DNA of 64,000 nt from Octopus bimaculoides (GCF_001194135.2 NC_068998.1:52785068-52849067), one strand, 5' to 3'. Shown: positions 48,659-61,831, counted from the stretch's first letter. Made by a program: numbers and translations. The notes: generated from the sequence alone by a model not told the origin.

Positions 48659-50234
48659 TATATCTTGTATACATATGTATATACGAATGTATGTATAATT
48701 CTTTGCAAATGATTCTCCAGCAAAATCTGGTTCTTTATAGACAAATACTTATCAGAACATCTTAAAGTTGAAGGCATCTATTGAACCATGGAAAATCTTC
48801 ACATATCTTTGATAATATCTTAGTATATTGTTAATCATTTTAATTCTCCGTGAAGTATTTGCTGATAAGCTATCGCAAATTAATAGGGATGAGGTAGTTA
48901 ATAAATGACTACACATGAGTAATCGCTGGACCTACTTCTAAACCACAATCAATTGAGTTTATATTCGTTTTTGTTCCATCTCAATAATATATGAAAATAT
49001 GTTCTCGTTTTCTTTCAATTTTCTGTTATGATAAACCAAACTTCGCCAAGGTTTGTTGTAGAAGCGACAAAAGCAGCCATCATGTTCTCAGCGCTATTTT
49101 GTTTGAAGTAACTGTTATTTTAACAATAATTTTAAAGGCTGATGCAAACACTGCAGGGAATTACAGCTTTTGATATCTGAGAGCTTTGTTTGTTTGTTTG
49201 ACATACACATAGCACTTAGCAATATCTGCCATTGAAAATTCCCGTTTCATTCAAGAAATATCGTATCTGAATTACGTAGATGTGCTTGTATGGCAGCTTA
49301 TAAATATATTTGTGAATGAACGTAATGTCTTTTATTCCATATGCTTTGCATCTTTTCATTAGACAAAGGAACAAAGTACAGACTTCCCAAAATCAATATC
49401 TATATGTGTGAGTGTACGCACACGGACACACACACGCACAAACAAACAAATATATAGGTATATATAGTATATATAGTATATATATATATATATATGTATA
49501 TATATGTATATATATATGTATTTATATATANNNNNNNNNNNNNNNNNNNNNNNNNNNNNNNNNNNNNNNNNNNNNNNNNNNNNNNNNNNNNNNNNNNNNN
49601 NNNNNNNNNNNNNNNNNNNNNNNNNNNNNNNNNNNNNNNNNNNNNNNNNNNNNNNNNNNNNNNNNNNNNNNNNNNNNNNNNNNNNNNNNNNNNNNNNNNN
49701 NNNNNNNNNNNNNNNNNNNNNNNNNNNNNNNNNNNNNNNNNNNNNNNNNNNNNNNNNNNNNNNNNNNNNNNNNNNTATATATATATAATTACAAGGTGGA
49801 GTATAGAAAGTTTTGTACATTTTTAGTTCTGTCTTTGAAATTTGCATTTTCTCAACTTTCAGGTCATTGTTTTAAAGTTGCCTAAGAACTGCAACATTTT
49901 CAAAACGGAAATGATACTGGAACTTTTTGTCAGGTAACCAAGATCACTAATTTGTGCAAGAATGTTATAAACCCATAATAAACTGTAGGTTCTTGAAACC
50001 AGCATCGATAAATGCAATTTATTTTACTGGTTTTTGATGTCCAGAGTAGTGCATGGTTTTGTTCTCGGTGCTGTGTGAAAATGTTGGATCTATTGTGTTA
50101 ATATCAGTTAAAAGTATCGAAGTATTTTAAATGTTGAAAGTTATGAACGCTTTTAATAGGAGTATACGGACTATAATCTTTATCGACTGATATTTTCCCA
50201 TTCAGCCGTAGTGGCCAGACAATTTCATTTGCTA

Positions 50235-50412
50235 TCAGTCCAGCAATTTGGGGAAGTGTGTAAGTCGATTTCAATTATTATGTATTTCTTCGACCCTGAA
50301 AGGTTAAAAACAAAGTCGACCCAGCGGCATTTGAACTCAAAACGTAAATACGGACGAAATACCGCTAAGCGTTCCGTCCGGCAAAGTAACGATTCTGCCA
50401 GCCCGCCGCCTT
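50235..50412 (-). mobile_element. SINE family A
   Basis: CGACCCTGAAAGG...AAAGTCGACC...TTTGAACTCAAAACGTAA...GAAATACCGCTAAGC...AACGATTCTGCCAGCCCGCCGCCTT. Confidence 0.75.
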
Positions 50413-51014
50413 AAATGTCATATAGATAGGAAAGAAAGGTAAAAAATGTAATTGGATTGTGACTAAATTTGTTTTGAAAGTGTCTGAAATCTCGACTCAA
50501 AATGATTGTGTCATATTGGTTGGAAGAAGTATTTTGAAATTCATCTTATGTAACACTTTCCTGAATGAAGCGGACAGATAGTGTATTATATCTTTTATTT
50601 ATAGCTTCTTCTATTAATCATTAATGCTTCACTTTTCAATAGAAATTCAAGGAGGAACTCATTGCATGTAAGCTGTTATTATGCTGAGATGATTTCTATT
50701 CTGATGGTAAACATTTTAAATTTTAGTTGATGCCGACTTGCTACACAATTTGTTGTTTGAGTAATTTCTATGGCATGAGAGAAAATCGAGAAAAAGAACT
50801 GCCGTCGGATAACTAAATAAACTCAATCTTATTGATTTTTTCTTTTTGCAGTTTCTTTATTTATATTTTTGTTCTATGCTTTTTATTCTTCTTCACAAAT
50901 GAATTCTCTCCTCAGGTGTTTTATTTCTCATTTTCTGCTGTGTGATCTTCCACTCATTTTAGTCTGTTTTTCCAGTTTAAGCTACGCACTCTCCCATATA
51001 TATATATATATATA

Positions 51015-51478
51015 NNNNNNNNNNNNNNNNNNNNNNNNNNNNNNNNNNNNNNNNNNNNNNNNNNNNNNNNNNNNNNNNNNNNNNNNNNNNNNNNNNNNNN
51101 NNNNNNNNNNNNNNNNNNNNNNNNNNNNNNNNNNNNNNNNNNNNNNNNNNNNNNNNNNNNNNNNNNNNNNNNNNNNNNNNNNNNNNNNNNNNNNNNNNNN
51201 NNNNNNNNNNNNNNNNNNNNNNNNNNNNNNNNNNNNNNNNNNNNNNNNNNNNNNNNNNNNNNNNNNNNNNNNNNNNNNNNNNNNNNNNNNNNNNNNNNNN
51301 NNNNNNNNNNNNNNNNNNNNNNNNNNNNNNNNNNNNNNNNNNNNNNNNNNNNNNNNNNNNNNNNNNNNNNNNNNNNNNNNNNNNNNNNNNNNNNNNNNNN
51401 NNNNNNNNNNNNNNNNNNNNNNNNNNNNNNNNNNNNNNNNNNNNNNNNNNNNNNNNNNNNNNNNNNNNNNNNNNNNNN
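51015..51478. other. assembly gap
   Basis: N-run after (AT)n. Confidence 0.99.
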
Positions 51479-52302
51479 ATATAGGGAGGCGGGGAGAGAG
51501 GGAGAATTTTAGTTAGCAACTACGTAAATGTTACCCCTGCTGTTTTGTGACTATAAAATCACCTATTCTTCTACAATATTTGTCATTGTCATAACGTGAA
51601 AAGAACTATATTAGACATGAATGTGAATTTAAAGTTTAATTAGTGTGTATTTAACTGAAGCTACTGTTGCTGTAATGTTAAACTACATTTAGCATCATTC
51701 ACACAACTGTTCGTGCAGCTGGTTCCAACAGGTTTTACATTTAAAAGGTTATAGCCATTGGAAATCTCGGTTATTTCAATGAACTCTGGGAATATTATTC
51801 AGGATTTGAAAGATATTTTCAAAGATATCTCACTGACTTTGCGGAAGAAAATTTCTAAATATTTCTCTCGTCTATCATCGACGGAAGAAGACCAGTAGAT
51901 CTGGTGAAAAACGTTAGTTTTTAAGCAGACAATATGACATTGTTGGACATATAAATGAAAAGATATTCACTAAATGACCACTAATTGCAAGTCAAGTCCA
52001 GGAAACTTTATTACTCAGCTTGGGGCTCATATATTGAATGTAAACATTTCGAAACAATGCAATTACACACAAAGTTCACGTTCGATAATTCATCAATCAT
52101 AATACATGTTCAATTTATAAATAGATACGTTACCGGCCATCGTCTTACTTTTCTATATTCATTATATTTTCAGGTTTATTACTAAAGTACTTTAACAAAA
52201 TAAAATGTTAAGTTTAATGGAGGCGTATGCACCGTTTTGTTCGACGATTTGTATCGCATTTTATTGTTTTCAACCTGAGTTTAAGTATTTATTTATTCCG
52301 AA

Positions 52303-52442
52303 ACGAGTTCAAATGTCGTCAAGGTCAGCTTTGCTTTTCATCTTTTCTGGGTGATAAAAATAAAGTGCCAGGTAAGTACCAGGGTAACAAACTCGACTAA
52401 CACTCTTCCACCAAAACTGCTGGCTTTGTAATTCAATCAGAA
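52303..52442 (+). mobile_element. degenerate SINE family A
   Basis: GAGTTCAAATGTCGTCAAGGTCAGCTTTGCTTTTCATC...GATAAAAATAAAGTGCCAG. Confidence 0.5.
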
Positions 52443-53059
52443 ACCGGGCGCAATGCTCGTATCTCTTACACCTAATAAATGAAAATCACTATTAATACAT
52501 GTGTTTTATTCCCGTAGCTTTATTTGAATAATAAATATTTATTAGATGATATGAATGACCAACGTAGTGGGGCGCCGGACTAAAAACATTACAGTATTTA
52601 GTTTCCTCTCTGTCAGATCAGAATTTACACCCTCACGTATTTAACTTTGCCTTTAATCTTTCCAAGGTCAACAAACAAACTCTCGGTCATAGACAGAGGT
52701 TAAATTAATCGACAAAAAAGAAAAAAAATGGAAGCCTAATGTTAAGCCAAGAGAATGTGATATCATATATTCATAAACACGTCGTAGTTTTGACTGTATA
52801 TGAATAATATATTCGTCTTTTAAATAAAATTGGATTGGATTTCAGATCAAGCAGCGAATTAATTAAACGAATATCCTGTCCGAGGTGAGGAATGTTCAAT
52901 AGAAGATGAATCAGAGATGAAGTATGGTTATGAGGTTAAGGAATTTTCTTACCATTCACACTGTTCCGGTTTCAATCACAGTGTGTGGTGCTTTAGGAAA
53001 GTGTCACCTGCTATAGGCTCGAGGTGATATTCAGGATCTGAGGCTTTTAATTCCTGAGT

Positions 53060-53145
53060 TGTTTCAAATTTTGGCACAAGGCCAGCAAGTTAGGGGTAGG
53101 GGAGGGTAAGTGGATTACATCGACTCAAGCGCTTAACTTAGGATC
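53060..53145 (-). mobile_element. SINE family A, 3' fragment
   Basis: TTTCAAATTTTGGCACAAGGCCAGCAAG...GATTACATCGAC. Confidence 0.5.
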
Positions 53146-53844
53146 GATTACGTTATGAAGCTGAACCCAAAGAATGAACAATTACTTTCTGCACACATTC
53201 GAGTGATCAGCAGAATTCTTTGCGATCAGAAATTTACTGAATTATTATTGAACTGTAAAGGTCGCTGGATTGACGCAATCGGTAAAGTACCTGACAGATT
53301 AAAGAGCAGGATTTTGTTGTGTAACTATTCGAAGCTTAACTTTAAACCCCGCCGAAGTTAACTTTGCTTTTCATCTTCCCGAATGGATTAAATACAAATC
53401 CCGTATTAAAACTGATTTAATCTACCGTTCTCCACACTCGATGCTCCCTCAAACCATTTGGTCAGGTATTTGAATAATGCAGTTCTTAAAGAAGTACCCT
53501 TCAACTACTAAAATAAACGGATAAATTCAACCGATTATGCCGCTACTTAGATCTTCATAGCTCGGCATCATGATTACAAGACAGCGAGGTTCAAGCATCG
53601 AACACATCTCAGCAGAGATGAACCTTACACTAATCCTTTGATGTGTAACCGTCACTGCCATCCGTCAGTCAATCGAAGAGAAAATCTTGAATGTAATGAA
53701 ACGTAGTTTGGAGATATTTGGATTAAGATAAAGAAATTTATTAAATCAGGAATTTCTTCAGAACCAGCTCGTTATATCACTGCAGCCTTATTACTCGGAA
53801 ATTATTTTGTTACAGAATCAGTGCCATGCGAAATTAGCGTTTAA

Positions 53845-53990
53845 ATGGTTGTAACACCGTGCTTCTCGACCACATGGTTCTTGTTTCAATCCCACTGCAT
53901 AGCACCTTCTATTACTGTTTCGGACCGACTAAAGCCTTGCGAGTTGATTTGGTAGAGGGAAATTGAAAGAAGCTCGTCGTGTATATATAC
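53845..53990 (+). mobile_element. SINE family B, 5' half
   Basis: CCACATGGTTCTTGTTTCAATCCCACTGC...GACCGACTAAAGCCTTGCGAG...GAAAGAAGCTCGTCGTGTATA. Confidence 0.65.
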
Positions 53991-54224
53991 GGTATTTTCC
54001 AATATACCAACATCAAACCACGACACCACGTGACCTTCCTTGCCCAATCGCAATCCACCATGTGGTAATAACAATCAACTTCTGTCATTCAGATTCAAAA
54101 TGGCTGATAACTAGAATCAAGTTCGAAACTCAAGAGTACCAACAAATTTGAATCAAACTGTTTTGATCCATATATACATATATAAATATATATACATAAA
54201 TAGATATATATGTATATATATATT

Positions 54225-54261
<37 letters not shown>

Positions 54262-54298
54262 TAATGTGTATATATATACATATATATATCTATATATA

Positions 54299-54885
54299 NN
54301 NNNNNNNNNNNNNNNNNNNNNNNNNNNNNNNNNNNNNNNNNNNNNNNNNNNNNNNNNNNNNNNNNNNNNNNNNNNNNNNNNNNNNNNNNNNNNNNNNNNN
54401 NNNNNNNNNNNNNNNNNNNNNNNNNNNNNNNNNNNNNNNNNNNNNNNNNNNNNNNNNNNNNNNNNNNNNNNNNNNNNNNNNNNNNNNNNNNNNNNNNNNN
54501 NNNNNNNNNNNNNNNNNNNNNNNNNNNNNNNNNNNNNNNNNNNNNNNNNNNNNNNNNNNNNNNNNNNNNNNNNNNNNNNNNNNNNNNNNNNNNNNNNNNN
54601 NNNNNNNNNNNNNNNNNNNNNNNNNNNNNNNNNNNNNNNNNNNNNNNNNNNNNNNNNNNNNNNNNNNNNNNNNNNNNNNNNNNNNNNNNNNNNNNNNNNN
54701 NNNNNNNNNNNNNNNNNNNNNNNNNNNNNNNNNNNNNNNNNNNNNNNNNNNNNNNNNNNNNNNNNNNNNNNNNNNNNNNNNNNNNNNNNNNNNNNNNNNN
54801 NNNNNNNNNNNNNNNNNNNNNNNNNNNNNNNNNNNNNNNNNNNNNNNNNNNNNNNNNNNNNNNNNNNNNNNNNNNNNNNNNNNNN
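54299..54885. other. assembly gap
   Basis: N-run between (AT)n and a SINE. Confidence 0.99.
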
Positions 54886-55072
54886 TTCAGTCATTTGACA
54901 GCGGCCGTGTTGGAGCACCTCCTTAATCGAGCAAATCAACCCCAGGACTTGTTCTTTGTAAGCTTAGTACTTATTCTATCGGTGCCTTTTGCCGAAACGC
55001 TATGTTACGGGGACGTAAATACACTAGCATCGGTTGTCAAGCGAGGTTGGGGGGACAAACACAGACACACAA

Positions 55073-55121
<49 letters not shown>

Positions 55122-55256
55122 CGACGGGCTATCAGTTTCCGTCTACCAAAGCCCGAGGTTATAGTAGAAGACACTTGTCGAAGGTGCCACGCAATGGGAT
55201 GAACCCGGAACCATTTGGATTGTAAGCAAGCTACTTACCACACAGGCACTCCTGCG
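54886..55256 (-). mobile_element. SINE family B, near full-length
   Basis: Closely matches 58020-58465 along its length, with an internal (CA)n. Confidence 0.9.
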
Positions 55257-55303
55257 ACAATTAAAACTATAACCAAGGAAGGCCGCCGATGAGAAAAACT
55301 TAC

Positions 55304-55348
55304 CGTTTTCTTCCTGATTTGTTGCTGCCAATCGACCCAAAAGAACAG
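55304..55348 (-). CDS. candidate small internal exon
   Basis: Acceptor CTTTCCTATACCATAG and consensus donor ACG|GTAAGT; 45 nt, open as xVLLGRLAATNQEEN(G) in phase 1 or LFFWVDWQQQIRKKT in phase 0. Confidence 0.25.
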
Positions 55349-56914
55349 CTATGGTATAGGAAAGCTAACCTTTCAAAAAGGTCATAATTCCGCATCATCT
55401 TCTCTCAAGCGATTACGGGGTTTTGAGATACCCGTCAAAGGTTACTGACTTTTAGAGATCGACATAGAGGTCATCAATATCTAAGAATTCCTAGTTTACC
55501 CCCAATCCATTTACTTTTGTTTCAATATAGAGACGCAATTTCACATCGAATGCCCTAAAAACCAGTCTCCGTGTTAATATCCCTCGAAATTGATCCTCTC
55601 TTGAATGTCTCCCCCAAATAGCACTGATAATGAACACGTACACTCAAAGAATAGAACCACATGGATATTTAATTATCAAATAGTATAGGTATAGGAAGGC
55701 TGTCCCTGATTGAACTTTTACGTCTATAATGCTAATAGATATTTTCATCGACTGCGCAGGAAATTTCGTGTATTCTGTTTCATGCCATCTCCTTTTTCAT
55801 CGCTGCTGCAACGGCCTATGCTCACCTGAGCTGTCAAACAAAAGATCTCGTTCACTCCAGTTCTCCAGAACGTTTTGATTATCTCCTATTTATAGACCCT
55901 AGTTTATGTACCCCCTTCAATTCCGCACTATTCAAATATTTCGTTCACTTATTTCATTTAAGAATTGTAACCTTCTTGAAATTCCTCTCTGCCAACCATT
56001 TCTCAACAAATAATATATACATGGATCTCTGTCGCCTTCGAAGGTCATATGACATGCCACTACTCAAAGATTAAATTAAAGAACAAAAGAAACACGCTTC
56101 AGTTAAAATAGCTGATGAAGAATTCAACGAACTGATTAACTTTTAAATGTAATTTACAGCTTTAAACAGAGAAACAATCCTCTTGAAAGTAATCTATCTT
56201 AATGGAATTTCGAAGATTACTGTTGGACTAAGATAGACTCTTTTAGATACCTATTTTCCGCATAAGAACATTTCTTCCTCTATTCTTAAAACGATATCAG
56301 ATTTTTAAAAAAAATTAATCAATTTAAATTTCTCAGTTCGCCAATATTTATTTCTCGGTTGAAAGTTATTAAAGTAAAGTGTGAGACGAGCCTTGAAATC
56401 ATTCCAGTTTCATTGATAAAACCACAATATTCTAACTGACAGATATATCTTACAACAGTTGTAGATGGACCTGGCCTCTTGGTATTCTCTGTGATGCTGT
56501 TATTGGTTGATTGATTTCCAAGGCAATATTTCTAATATAATTTCTATGTATGATGCACGTGCATGAAGATGCCATCGCGTCTTGTATGCAAGTGTGCAAT
56601 TTAATTGCTACTTATGTAACGTTTGATAAAAGCTATAGTTCTCAATTGAATTAAGTTTATTACTTGTTCCACGTACATTCATTGCATCCCTAAATTGATA
56701 CCGAAAATACAAAGGAATTAAATCCATTTCGGGAATATCCATAAAATTAATTCAGTTCTCAAATATTTCAATACGGTTTCCTATTTCCTTTCTATCGATT
56801 ATGATGTCTGCTTCATAGCTTTAGCTGTTGGTGGGGTCTGTATGTCGGACCGGCTATATGACAGTTATTGTTGTAAAAGAAAAAAAATTATAAATAGATA
56901 TTACTATGTAGTGT

Positions 56915-56945
<31 letters not shown>

Positions 56946-56985
56946 ATATGCATAACTAGATACATCGATATATACTTACACACGC

Positions 56986-57023
<38 letters not shown>

Positions 57024-57345
57024 NNNNNNNNNNNNNNNNNNNNNNNNNNNNNNNNNNNNNNNNNNNNNNNNNNNNNNNNNNNNNNNNNNNNNNNNNNNNN
57101 NNNNNNNNNNNNNNNNNNNNNNNNNNNNNNNNNNNNNNNNNNNNNNNNNNNNNNNNNNNNNNNNNNNNNNNNNNNNNNNNNNNNNNNNNNNNNNNNNNNN
57201 NNNNNNNNNNNNNNNNNNNNNNNNNNNNNNNNNNNNNNNNNNNNNNNNNNNNNNNNNNNNNNNNNNNNNNNNNNNNNNNNNNNNNNNNNNNNNNNNNNNN
57301 NNNNNNNNNNNNNNNNNNNNNNNNNNNNNNNNNNNNNNNNNNNNN

Positions 57346-57410
<65 letters not shown>

Positions 57411-58019
57411 ATATATATGTATGTATATAATTAGATAGGCACGTGTATATATATATGTGAGTGCGTGTGTGTGTGTAGATCGCATTCTCATATTGCTATT
57501 GTGTTAATAAGAGCTTGTGTGCGAAGTGGATTTCGTAATTGTAGTTTACATAAATTCTGAAATATCTCACTATTTACATCATAAAGCCAAAAGTATGACA
57601 TGATGGATTAAATGCGAAATTGAAAGACGATAGCGTATTATTAGTGTGAAAGATAGTCGATATAATATTTTCACACACTTGATGTCGAGAATAAATTTAT
57701 ATACAATCTCTTTGCACAATAATTTAACTGCTTCTTTTGTGCTTACTTCGTCAGTGTGAAAATAATGTTTGGCTAAGCAATTTGTGGCATTTCATTCGTT
57801 TCAAATATTCCTCTGAAACATACCGATATTTCTGTGCATCTACAGTGTTGTATTATTATAATTCTAGTTCATATGAAAAATATTGATCGTTTAGAATGCA
57901 GAGGGAATTAAGAATATGTTGCAAGTAATTTTGTGCAGCTCTAATGTTTTCAGATGCTATGTATCATTCAAGTAAGCCTTAATATTTCCCGCTAATATGA
58001 TCTCTATAAGCTATAGGGA

Positions 58020-58465
58020 TACTCTTTTACTCTTTTACTTGTTTCAGTCATTTGGCTGTGGCCATGCTGGAGCACCACCTTTAGTCGAGCAAATTGACCC
58101 CAGGACTTATTCTTTCGAAGCCTAGTACTTATTCNNNNNNNNNNTCTTTCGAAGCCTAGTACTTATTCTATCGGTCTCTTTTGCCGAACCGCTAGGTTAT
58201 GTGGACATAAACACACCAGCATCGGTTGTCAAGCGATGTTGGGGTGATAAACACAGACACGCAAACATATACACACGCATACATACATATACATATATAC
58301 GACGGGCTTCTTTCAGTTTCTGTCTACCAAATTCACTCAAAAAGCTTTGGTTGGCCCGAGGCTATAGTAGAAGACATTTGCCCAAGGTGCCACGCAATGA
58401 GACTGAACCCAGAACCATGTGGTTGGTAAGCATGCTACTTACCACACAGCCACTCCTACGCCTAT
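58020..58465 (-). mobile_element. SINE family B, full-length (young copy)
   Basis: Complete from the head ATAGGCGTAGGAGTGGCTGTGTGGTAAG to the tail ACAAGTAAAAGAGTAAAAGAGTA; interrupted by a 10-N gap with a 24-bp overlap. Confidence 0.95.
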
Positions 58466-58994
58466 AATTAAGTTCTGTCTAGTTAACTCGTCCTACTATT
58501 TCGATCAAAAAGTTTTAGCTCTTCTTCCTTCTATGATAATGTATTCGAGCCAATGAGACATTTCAACGAAGCATCGCTCGGCCTGTTCGTGATAACCAAA
58601 ATATATACCTATATAACACGAACAGGTTTAGATAAAAGGAAGGACACAATGCACGATATTATCGGTGGAAGAAAGTATTCAGTTGTTTGACGAATTGAAT
58701 TTCTTTGTAGAATCTGCACAGGTAATCTTCGACACAAGTTCCCGGCTCGAATCAGCATGAAACAATGCGACAAGGCAGGGGCTTTCTATTATATGTAGAA
58801 TTGAAAGAGAGAGTGGGATAAAGAAGCGGAATGAGTCAGAGACATAGAGGGAGGGTTAAAGATGGAGTGAAAGAGAGGGTGGGGAAAAGAAGAATAAGGG
58901 AAACAGAAAGAGCACGGAGATAGAGAAAACAAAGAGATAGGGAGAGAGGAAGAGAGAGTGTGAGAGCGAGAGAAACAAGGATCAACTCTTGTAA

Positions 58995-59128
58995 TAGATT
59001 GATATTCTATTTATCGACTCTGAAAGGAAAACAAGCAAAATTGACCTCTGTGGAATTCGACTTGGGATCAGGGAAACTCGAAATAAACAGCGAAATGCAT
59101 TCTATCCGACACTCTAACTCTTGTTACC
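58995..59128 (-). mobile_element. degenerate SINE family A
   Basis: TTTATCGACTCTGAAAGG...TTGACCTCTGTGGAATTCGA. Confidence 0.5.
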
Positions 59129-59171
59129 GTCTCAGTTCTTGGTATATTATATATTATATGTTAAAATCAAC

Positions 59172-59255
59172 AGCATGTTCATGGCTGGAAGGCCTTTGCT
59201 TCTAAGATCTGCTCAATTAGGTTGACCTCGGATAATCCATCACAATAACAACACC
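59172..59255 (-). mobile_element. dispersed repeat family E, 5' fragment
   Basis: CATGGCTGGAAGGCCTTTG...GATCTGCTCAATTAGGTTGACCTCGG; reverse of the 43090-43155 and 38730-38790 motif. Confidence 0.45.
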
Positions 59256-59986
59256 GACGTAATAAGTATTCTTTTGCATCTTATATTTGCTTTCACCAGC
59301 GTTTGGTGTAACTCTTGCGTCACTTTCTCCCTAATGTAAATTAAGAAAGTAATTTTAACTGACGCCAGTAATGTGTATTACAATAATTATCGGCATATCC
59401 ATTTATTAAATCATACCAAAAACAAGAACAAAAAAAAAAATGAGAACAGACATTCGATGTCTACTGTTGGAAATGAATCAAATTTTCTTGGATGATAGAT
59501 TTAATTTCCTTCTAAAGATTATCATTATCATTAATTGACAGATGCTTCATTCTTCATCTTACACTTGAAATATTTTAGCCAATTAATTTTCTGCAATGCT
59601 AATCTGCAATATACGTATCTCGACTGCGCTTTTAAAGTGTCATCCGTCTTTTGATTTAACTGAAGTCGCGAATAAAACAACAACAAAAGCAAAATTCTTT
59701 CGCAGATAAGAATGAAGTTGAACAGCTGGAAAAAATCACATCGTTCTGCTTAGATTAATGAAAAGAAAATAAGAATGGTTGTAGTCATTATCCTACTGTC
59801 AAGCTGCTTCTTTTCATTAAAAACAACAGTTGACAAAATGTTAATAGTATTTTAAAAAGATAATTTTCGTTTGTAAGGGAAGGGGTGAATAGTGCGCTTG
59901 GTATATTATGTAGTCCATATCTTCAGACAGGGACAAGGTGTAGCTCATTATTTAAACCGTTTGGTTCTTCTATAAATTGAATCGTG

Positions 59987-60253
59987 GCACTCCATCGGTT
60001 ACAACGAAGAAGGTTCCAGTTGATCCGACCAACGGAACAGCCAGCTTGTGAAATTGACGTGCAAGTGGCTGAGCACTCCACAGACACGTGTACTCTTAAC
60101 GTAGTTCTCGGGGATATTCAGCGTGACACAGTGTGACAAGGCTGGCCCCTTGAAATACAGGTACAACAGAAAGAGGATTCCCGGTCTGGGAATCAAAATT
60201 GCGATCTGTCGACCGCGAGTCCGCTGCCCTAACCACTGGGCCATTGCATCTCC
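59987..60253 (-). mobile_element. SINE, family C head with shared 3' module, internally deleted
   Basis: Minus strand GGAGATGCAATGGCCCAGTGGTTAGGGCAGCGGACTCGCGGTCG...CCCAGACCGGG joins directly to TTCTGTTGTACCTGTATTTCAAGGGGCCAGCC...GTAACCGATGGAGTGC. Confidence 0.9.
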
Positions 60254-61470
60254 ATAAATTGAATAACCAATTGTTGATGTTGGTAAACATGTTGTTGTAG
60301 TTATTTAGCCGTAGGTCAGTCATAAACGTGTATAACTATAATCAAAGTCGTTCCAGCTTTCATAGACTCCCCCATCTTATTTGCCAGCATTTGTATATCG
60401 AGGACTTCATCGAGGGCTATATTGTACGACTGAGCTGCATCACTCTTTTTTTTGACGCGGCAGTGTACGATTTTAGAATTGATTTAGCTGTTAGTTCTAG
60501 TAGATCAACTAATCGCCTAGATGCTCTCTCGTTGGCTCGGGACTTCGTAGGTTTACAGAGTGGATTCATATTCTCAACTCATTAGTGACAGAAACTTTTA
60601 TAATAAATGTTTGTTCTAAACCAACTGAATAATGCAGTGTGTTTTAGTGAGATAATGCAACTGGGATAGTTACTTACTTTTAATTAGGCGGACGACTAAC
60701 AAGCCTTGATTAAATGCACGCCGAAGGATATGACTGCGCTTGATTCAGTGAAACTAGCAATTAATTATTTGATTGATTTTTCTTAATTTGCATTAACGGA
60801 ATCTAATACGACCAACTTGAAAATGAAGTAAAAATAATATCAAATATAAATAAAATAATTAAACAGAAATGTACACCAGGAGGGAATGAGAAACATGGAT
60901 TTAAATAAATCAATGAAATCAGCAAAGATGAACTACGCATGTTTAGAATTTAAATCATTTCACTAACGCTAAATATTTATAAAAGGTTTGTCAGCCGAAC
61001 TTCTCGACAGACAGCGAAATGTGAATAAGTGAATGTTACAAGAAAACAGCAAGAAAATGTTATTAAATATGCTTCAAGTATCCTAAATTAATAGATCATA
61101 TTTGAAATATTTATTTAGACACGGAATTGAGAACAATATAAGTTTAGCTAATTAACGACGAAACAACAATGCGAATTAAATGCAGACAACGTGATTAAGA
61201 AGTCTGCTTCGCAGGTAATATTTCCTGGTTCGGTCTCATTGCGCCAGCTTCAGTATTCTATGGAGCTTCGGGTTCAACAATACATTTTAAGTGGAATTCG
61301 GTTGACAGAAGCAGGAGAAGTCGGTACTATAAAGCCAGACTTAACAGCTCTTGCCTTAGAAAGTGCGTTCAGGAAAGATTAATCCAGTGTTGCAGCACCT
61401 TCCTCTACACAGGCTGGAATCGACCCGTCGTTTCCTTAACACGCACACACACACGTGTGTGTGTGTGTGT

Positions 61471-61831
61471 GAAGGTATGTGGACTTATGGTTAAGGTGTT
61501 GCGTTTGCGATCGTTATGTCGTAGTTTCGATTCCTGCACCGGCGTGTGCGTTATGTCCTTCAGCAACACATGAATGTATGTATGTATGTATGTATGTGTA
61601 TACATGTGTGCGTGTATGTGAGTGAACGTGTTTGTCCTCCAGCATCGCATGACAACCGCTGTCGGTGTGTTTACGTCTCCGTAACGTAGCAGTTCAGTAA
61701 ACGGGAACAATAGAATAAGTACCAGATTTAAAAAGATAAGTAGATGGTTGATTTGATCGACTAAAACTTTTCAAACCGTTGCCCCAGCATTACCGCAGTC
61801 AAATGAGTGAAACGGGTAAAAGTATAAAAGA
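61471..61831 (+). mobile_element. chimeric SINE: D-like tRNA head with family B 3' half
   Basis: The head TGGTTAAGGTGTTGCG...GTTTCGATTCCTGCACCGG...TGTCCTTCAGCAACAC is followed, after (TATG)n, by the B module TTTGTCCTCC...GACAACCG...GGTGTGTTTACGTC...AATAAGTACCAG...GCCCCAGCAT.ACCGCAGTC. Confidence 0.75.

Noticed and set aside
52846-52884. Plus-strand 39-nt exon candidate with a GAG|GTGAGG donor
   Set aside because: The acceptor is weak, only one frame is open, and no compatible neighbouring exon could be supported.
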